From assembly GCA_041741015.1 (NCBI GenBank), contig JBGSKX010000248.1, positions 509 to 64,508 on the forward strand: a DNA stretch of 64,000 bases, read 5' to 3'. Below, piece by piece: positions 60,165 to 64,000 of the stretch. The notes below the pieces were generated by a model, which saw only the letters and a program-made list of their open reading frames with translations, searched no databases and was not told where the DNA came from. How positions within the stretch are numbered: the stretch's first letter is position 1; the number at the start of each line of letters is the position of its first letter. The stretch comes from Pirellulales bacterium (GTDB lineage: Bacteria; Planctomycetota; Planctomycetia; Pirellulales; PALSA-1355). The position numbers were made by a program, and so were the translations under genes.

Positions 60165-61795
60165 TTCGCGGAGGTTGCCCGATCGATGATCGTACGAAAC
60201 TGGACACTAGACGGCAGCGTGCCGAAAGCGCGACCCCAGTCTCCTTCCAGGCGAGTCGCGCAGAAAGCGTCGGCCACTTCCGCTGGCGAGTGTCGCACGA
60301 GCAGCGAACCCTGCAGCAGCAATGCCAGTTGCTCGACCAACCGTCGCGCCTGCGTCGGCTCGCCGGCCAGACGCGTCCAATTGTCGCGCAAATGGCTCGC
60401 GGCCTTATCGAGCCGGCGGTCGCCCGAGCGGCCGGCATCGATATCGGCCCACAGCGCCTCGAGCGACTGCGGTTCATTGGCAATGGCCCGCAACACGTCG
60501 AGACAGATGACGTTGCCGGAGCCTTCCCAAATCGAGTTGAGCGGCGATTCGCGAAACAGGCGCGGCATCATCGCGTCTTCGACGTACCCGTTTCCGCCCA
60601 GGCACTCGAGGGCTTCGGCGGCGTGTATCGGGCCGCGTTTGCAGAGCCAATACTTCCCCACGGCAGTCGCGATCCGGCGGAAGTGCTGTTCGCTCTCGGC
60701 GTTGCTGTCGTAAGCTCTCGCCACGCGTATGGCCAGGGTGGTGGCCGCCTCGGACTCCAGACATAGGTCCGCGAGAACGTTCTGCATCAACGGCTGATCG
60801 ATCAGTAGTTTTCCAAAGGCGGAGCGATGACGGGTATGGTGGGCAGCCTGCATGACTGTTTGCCGCAACAGCGCTGCCGACCCGAGCATGCAATCGAGCC
60901 TCGTGTGGTTGACCATCTCGACGATCGTCCGCACACCACGTCCTTCTTCCCCTACCAGCCACGCCAAGGCGCCCGAAAACTCGATCTCGCTCGAAGCGTT
61001 CGAGCGATTTCCGAGCTTGTTTTTCAGCCGCTGAATATAGAACGCGTTTAATCGCTCTTCTGGCGTCCACCGCGGCATTAGAAAGCAGCTAAGTCCACGC
61101 GGCGCTTGCGCCAGCACCAGAAAGGCATCGCACATCGGTGCGGAACAGAACCATTTATGCCCGGTCAGTCGATAGGCCTCGCCCGGTCCGCCAGTTCCTT
61201 CCGGCACAGCCTGCGAGGTGTTTGCCCGCACATCGGAGCCACCTTGCTTCTCGGTCATGGCCATGCCGAGCAAGGCCCCTCGCTTCTGGTCAGCAGGAAT
61301 GAAACGGGGGTCGTAAACCGTACTGGCGATACGTGGGATCCATGCGGCGGCAAGATTTGGCTGGCGGCTCAGGGTTGGCACCGCGGCATAAGTCATCGAG
61401 ATCGGACAGCTATGCCCAGCTTCGTTCTGCCCGATCAGATACATCAGCGCCGCGCGGGCGACGTGAGCTCCCGGCTGGGGACTAGCCCAGGGGAGGTTAT
61501 GCACGCCAAACTCAACCGACAGCCGCATCAGTTCATGCCAGGCCGGATGGAATCTGACCTCGTCAATGCGCTCGCCGCGTGTGTTGTGGGTATGGAGTAC
61601 TGGTGGATAGTTGTTGGCATCGAAGCCCCAGCCAATGGCCTCCTCCGAACCGAGCCTGGCCCCGAGCCGATATCCGCTGTCTTCACTCCAGGGAGCCCCT
61701 TCGCGGCGGACCGCTTCCTGCAGAACCACATCGCCGGCATACAGGTTGTAGTTGACCAGTGCCGGAACCTGGTTGAACACTTCGTGCGTGGGCAT
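60161..61795 (-). CDS. aidB: AidB-like acyl-CoA dehydrogenase
   Basis: Blocks shared with E. coli AidB, recalled from memory: THEVFNQ, VRFHPAWHELM, MTEKQGGSDV, GHKWFCSAP, LKNKLGNRSNASSEIEF, NSIWEGSGNV.CLDVLR. The ATG at 61795 was chosen. Confidence 0.85.
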   Translation of the reverse strand: MPTHEVFNQVPALVNYNLYAGDVVLQEAVRREGAPWSEDSGYRLGARLGSEEAIGWGFDANNYPPVLHTHNTRGERIDEVRFHPAWHELMRLSVEFGVHNLPWASPQPGAHVARAALMYLIGQNEAGHSCPISMTYAAVPTLSRQPNLAAAWIPRIASTVYDPRFIPADQKRGALLGMAMTEKQGGSDVRANTSQAVPEGTGGPGEAYRLTGHKWFCSAPMCDAFLVLAQAPRGLSCFLMPRWTPEERLNAFYIQRLKNKLGNRSNASSEIEFSGALAWLVGEEGRGVRTIVEMVNHTRLDCMLGSAALLRQTVMQAAHHTRHRSAFGKLLIDQPLMQNVLADLCLESEAATTLAIRVARAYDSNAESEQHFRRIATAVGKYWLCKRGPIHAAEALECLGGNGYVEDAMMPRLFRESPLNSIWEGSGNVICLDVLRAIANEPQSLEALWADIDAGRSGDRRLDKAASHLRDNWTRLAGEPTQARRLVEQLALLLQGSLLVRHSPAEVADAFCATRLEGDWGRAFGTLPSSVQFRTIIDRATSAN

Positions 61796-61920
61796 CCGCA
61801 GAACCCTTGAATTCGATTCCAGCATATTGCGATGCGGATCCGAAGGCATCGCCAGAAAGGAATTCTATTCGGGCTTATGGACCTGAGCGACCAGGGCAGC
61901 GGGCGAGATTCCGGCAATCC

Positions 61921-61956
61921 AACAAAAATGCCTGTCCGCCCCGAAGGACGGACAGG
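61921..61956 (-). terminator. Canonical intrinsic terminator (minus strand)
   Basis: On the minus strand the sequence reads CCTGTCCGTCC-TTCG-GGGCGGACAGG. That is an 11-bp stem (one G-U pair) with a UUCG tetraloop, followed immediately by CATTTTTGTT. Confidence 0.7.
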
Positions 61957-62230
61957 CTGGGAGACGGGATAACCGCAGCACTCGGCAAATGGAGAGCGGG
62001 TGGCGCGCCCGAGCTCGAATGCCGGAGCACTACGAACACCCCTACCTGTAAGGCGAGAATCGAGTCAAAAGCGGACGACTCGATTCCTGCAATGCTGCTG
62101 GCAACTGCCTGCAATGCTGCTGGCAACTGCACAGAGAGCGTAGCCGCACGCATAGCGGCGTTCTGACCGACTGACCAGCCAAAACCGCGACTTTGTCAGA
62201 CGAACCCCATTGACGCGAAGATGGCTGCCT
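61957..62230 (-). ncRNA. Candidate small RNA or 5' leader ending at the 61921-61956 terminator (5' end not defined)
   Basis: No credible CDS; the ORFs 61875-62153 and 62042-62248 either run through the terminator or have odd composition. The region contains a perfect 10-bp hairpin (62057-62086) and a perfect 22-nt tandem duplication (62087-62130). It sits in a roughly 500-nt divergent intergenic region. Confidence 0.3.
62087..62130. repeat. Perfect 2 x 22-nt tandem direct repeat (CTGCAATGCTGCTGGCAACTGC)
   Basis: The units at 62087-62108 and 62109-62130 are identical base for base. Confidence 0.95.
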
Positions 62231-62289
62231 AAATACAATTGGACTCACTATTGATATTGAGTCTCAATTACATATCCGAGCTGACTTCG

Positions 62290-63072
62290 ATGACCCGCCA
62301 CACTGATCCTCGAGAATTTCATTCGGCTCAATCCTGGATCCGCCGCCAAGAACCTCCGTTAGACGCCGCTGATCTCGACCAGGCGATTGCCGAACAGCGA
62401 CTTGCCGTCCAGGCTCAGGGTACGGATTCTCCTGCCGCCGGAAAGGCGTGGGAGCAGTTGGGAATGCTGCTACTCCAGCGGAAGCATTTCGACGCAGCCC
62501 AGTGGTCGCTGGAGACGGCAAGCACATTGGTGCCACTGGCGCACGCTAGCCAGTTGGCACTAGCCGAGTGCTATACCGACTCGGGGTTTGTGGAGGCCGC
62601 ACGCTCGATCTATCGCTACCTGGCGGCCGCAATCCGTATCGATAGCGAGCTTCTCGAAGCCTTGGCCAATGGTTTGGGACGCGTCGGCGAACGAGACCTG
62701 GCCCTGGACGTCTGCCGCGAAGCCGCGCAGCGATTGCCTCGATCCGCTGGACCTCTGCTTGGTATAGCCTACTACTTGCGTCGCCTTCGGCGGCCGGCCG
62801 CCACCGTCCTGCCATACCTTAAGCGAGCCTTTGATCTTGACCCTCGCAACTTGGAATGTCGCATCGGCCTGGCCTGGATGCTGCACGCCACCGGCCGCAG
62901 CGCCGACGGCGCCGAGCTGCTCGACGAACTGCAGGTTGCCCAGCTGGAATGCGTACGTTCGCTCACCATGATGCATCGCGTATTCGAGTCCGCCGCGGAA
63001 TACAACTTCGCGTCGGCCTGTAAGTATCGGCTCGACTCGCTCGCCGCCCAGCGGCTGCGCGAGCGATCCTAG
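62290..63072 (+). CDS. TPR-like helical repeat protein (hypothetical)
   Basis: Helical-repeat pattern (AWEQLGMLLLQRKHFDAAQWSLE...; ECRIGLAWMLHATGRSADG). The ATG at 62290 was chosen. Confidence 0.55.
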   Translation: MTRHTDPREFHSAQSWIRRQEPPLDAADLDQAIAEQRLAVQAQGTDSPAAGKAWEQLGMLLLQRKHFDAAQWSLETASTLVPLAHASQLALAECYTDSGFVEAARSIYRYLAAAIRIDSELLEALANGLGRVGERDLALDVCREAAQRLPRSAGPLLGIAYYLRRLRRPAATVLPYLKRAFDLDPRNLECRIGLAWMLHATGRSADGAELLDELQVAQLECVRSLTMMHRVFESAAEYNFASACKYRLDSLAAQRLRERS

Positions 63073-63221
63073 GCCAGCCGCCGGTTCTCCATCGCTCACC
63101 CGGCACAATCCATTGATCGCCTGTCTGGTTCCAGTTGAACTCAGCGAGCGATCGTCGATTGGCCCTACCTCCAATCAGGTTGCCGTTGCGCGCCCAATTT
63201 CCTTGAAAGGCACGACCCCAC

Positions 63222-63659
63222 ATGTCGCGATACACAGGCCCGAAAGCGCGGGTCAATCGTCGTCTCGGATTCACCGGTTTCGATACTAGTAGAGCACTGC
63301 GGCCCTCGGAACGCAGGCCCGAGCCGCCGGGTACGCATCCTTGGGCGAACTATGAGGCGTCGTACAGAGACGCGGCGCGGAGTTCATCGGCATCTGGCCG
63401 ACAGAAGGCGACGTAGTTCAAAGAACTGCAGGGACTTTTCGACGAGATCCACTCTCTCGGCCTGGGTCTCGATGAGGAAAGCGAGCCGGAGTTGACCGAA
63501 GAATGAGTGCGAGCGTGGCTCCTCCAGGTCGTGACTGAGCTCGGCTTCGACGTTTCTGCCGCTTTGTAGGCAATACCACTTCCGGGCCAGGATTTGCACG
63601 CAGACAATCGGATAGGTCAAATGGCGGGTGGAAACCGCTGCCCGTCGCCCCGGCCCTGA
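63222..63659 (+). pseudogene. rpsD: Decayed ribosomal protein S4 (rpsD)-like pseudogene
   Basis: The first roughly 45 codons, MSRYTGPKARVNRRLG...RRPEPPGTH, match the S4 N-terminus (MARYxGPKxxxxRRxG...PGxH). The same frame then has in-frame stops at 63414, 63504, 63567 and 63657, with only faint S4-like remnants (RQ...FKE, VVxxxGF). Confidence 0.45.
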
Positions 63660-63670
63660 GTTCCACTGCC

Positions 63671-64000
63671 ATGCCACTCCGTACTCGCACCTTGATTCTG
63701 GCTACCTTGATCTTATCCATCGCCGATCAATTGGCGGCGGACGATCTCGTTCGCCCCGATCCAAGGCAACGACCTGAATCGCCGTTGATGTTGAATTTGG
63801 TCACGACCGGCACCGATCCCGGCCGCATCGACTATGCCACCTTGCCGCAGCTTGCTGGCCAGCACGGCGTCGTCAGTCTGGGCGATGCCGAGTGGCAGTT
63901 TCGGCTGCACAACTATCTCGCGCACTACGATGGCCGGTTTTGGTGCTTCTGGAGTCACGGGCCCGTGATCGAAGATCAGGCTCGACAGCACCTGCAATTC
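63671..64000 (+). CDS. Secreted protein, 5' part only (runs off the window); possibly BNR/sialidase-like
   Basis: My own translation from the ATG at 63671 gives 110 codons without a stop. It has a signal peptide, MPLRTRTLILATLILSIADQLAA, and the motif YLAHYDGRFWCFWSHGP. It is absent from the ORF track, probably because no stop falls within the window. Confidence 0.45.
   Translation, partial: MPLRTRTLILATLILSIADQLAADDLVRPDPRQRPESPLMLNLVTTGTDPGRIDYATLPQLAGQHGVVSLGDAEWQFRLHNYLAHYDGRFWCFWSHGPVIEDQARQHLQF

Noticed and set aside
62087-62130. The 22-nt perfect direct repeat considered as a minimal CRISPR array.
   Set aside because: The two units are directly adjacent with no spacer, there are only two copies, and no cas genes are in the window.
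61957-62230. tmRNA, RNase P RNA, SRP RNA or 6S RNA identity for the non-coding transcript candidate.
   Set aside because: The region lacks the expected landmarks:
- no tRNA-like acceptor or T-arm (GGTTCGAATCC...CCA)
- no GGGGCUGA 5' end
- no alanine-rich tag ORF ending in LAA
- no GAGGAAAGUCC (RNase P P4)
- no obvious 5'/3' end-pairing of the 6S type

This was judged by eye, so an Rfam scan should confirm it.
63384-63677. 97-aa minus-strand ORF overlapping the S4-like pseudogene region.
   Set aside because: No motif and no start context. It overlaps a frame with recognisable S4 ancestry, so it cannot be distinguished from a chance open frame.

Overview
Visibly GC-rich bacterial chromosomal window. 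The gene content looks planctomycete-like (Pirellulales-type): three formylglycine-type sulfatases, CxxCH 'planctomycete cytochrome' motifs, a PEP-CTERM protein and two groEL copies. This taxonomic call is an inference, not a search result.

Most of the window is ordinary core genome:
- yidC (5' truncated) and mnmE
- an M42 aminopeptidase and a tandem-GNAT acetyltransferase
- a heat-shock cluster, groEL-groES-groEL-dnaJ-grpE
- an FmdB zinc ribbon protein, yacG and a P-II protein
- a met-zincin protease, a DsbD-like reductant transporter and a CNNM/CorC transporter
- purM, an aldehyde dehydrogenase, a TlpA-like thioredoxin and a GGDEF cyclase
- two acyl-CoA dehydrogenases (one AidB-like), a SulP-beta-carbonic-anhydrase fusion, a dienelactone hydrolase, a prolyl oligopeptidase and a GT2 glycosyltransferase

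No rRNA, tRNA, CRISPR array or transposase was recognised.

Items worth a second look:
1. Two paralogous secreted fusions of a 1-Cys redoxin, a CxxCH haem motif and a PHM/DBH-like copper ligand set.
2. A lower-GC islet (about 54.4-58.4 kb) with an AbiJ-type HEPN (Rx6H) gene, a Cys-rich small ORF, PEP-CTERM material and a pyrimidine-rich repeat block ending in paired GGGACAGTCCC palindromes.
3. A textbook minus-strand intrinsic terminator. It closes a roughly 300-nt non-coding transcript or leader that contains a perfect 22-nt tandem duplication, upstream of the aidB-like gene.
4. A 115-nt nested inverted-repeat element with repeated GTGCCAC/GTGGCAC cores upstream of the GT2 gene.
5. A perfect sigma-54 consensus upstream of groEL1.
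6. A decayed rpsD (ribosomal protein S4) pseudogene.

All product calls rest on motif recognition by eye. No database search or folding was run.
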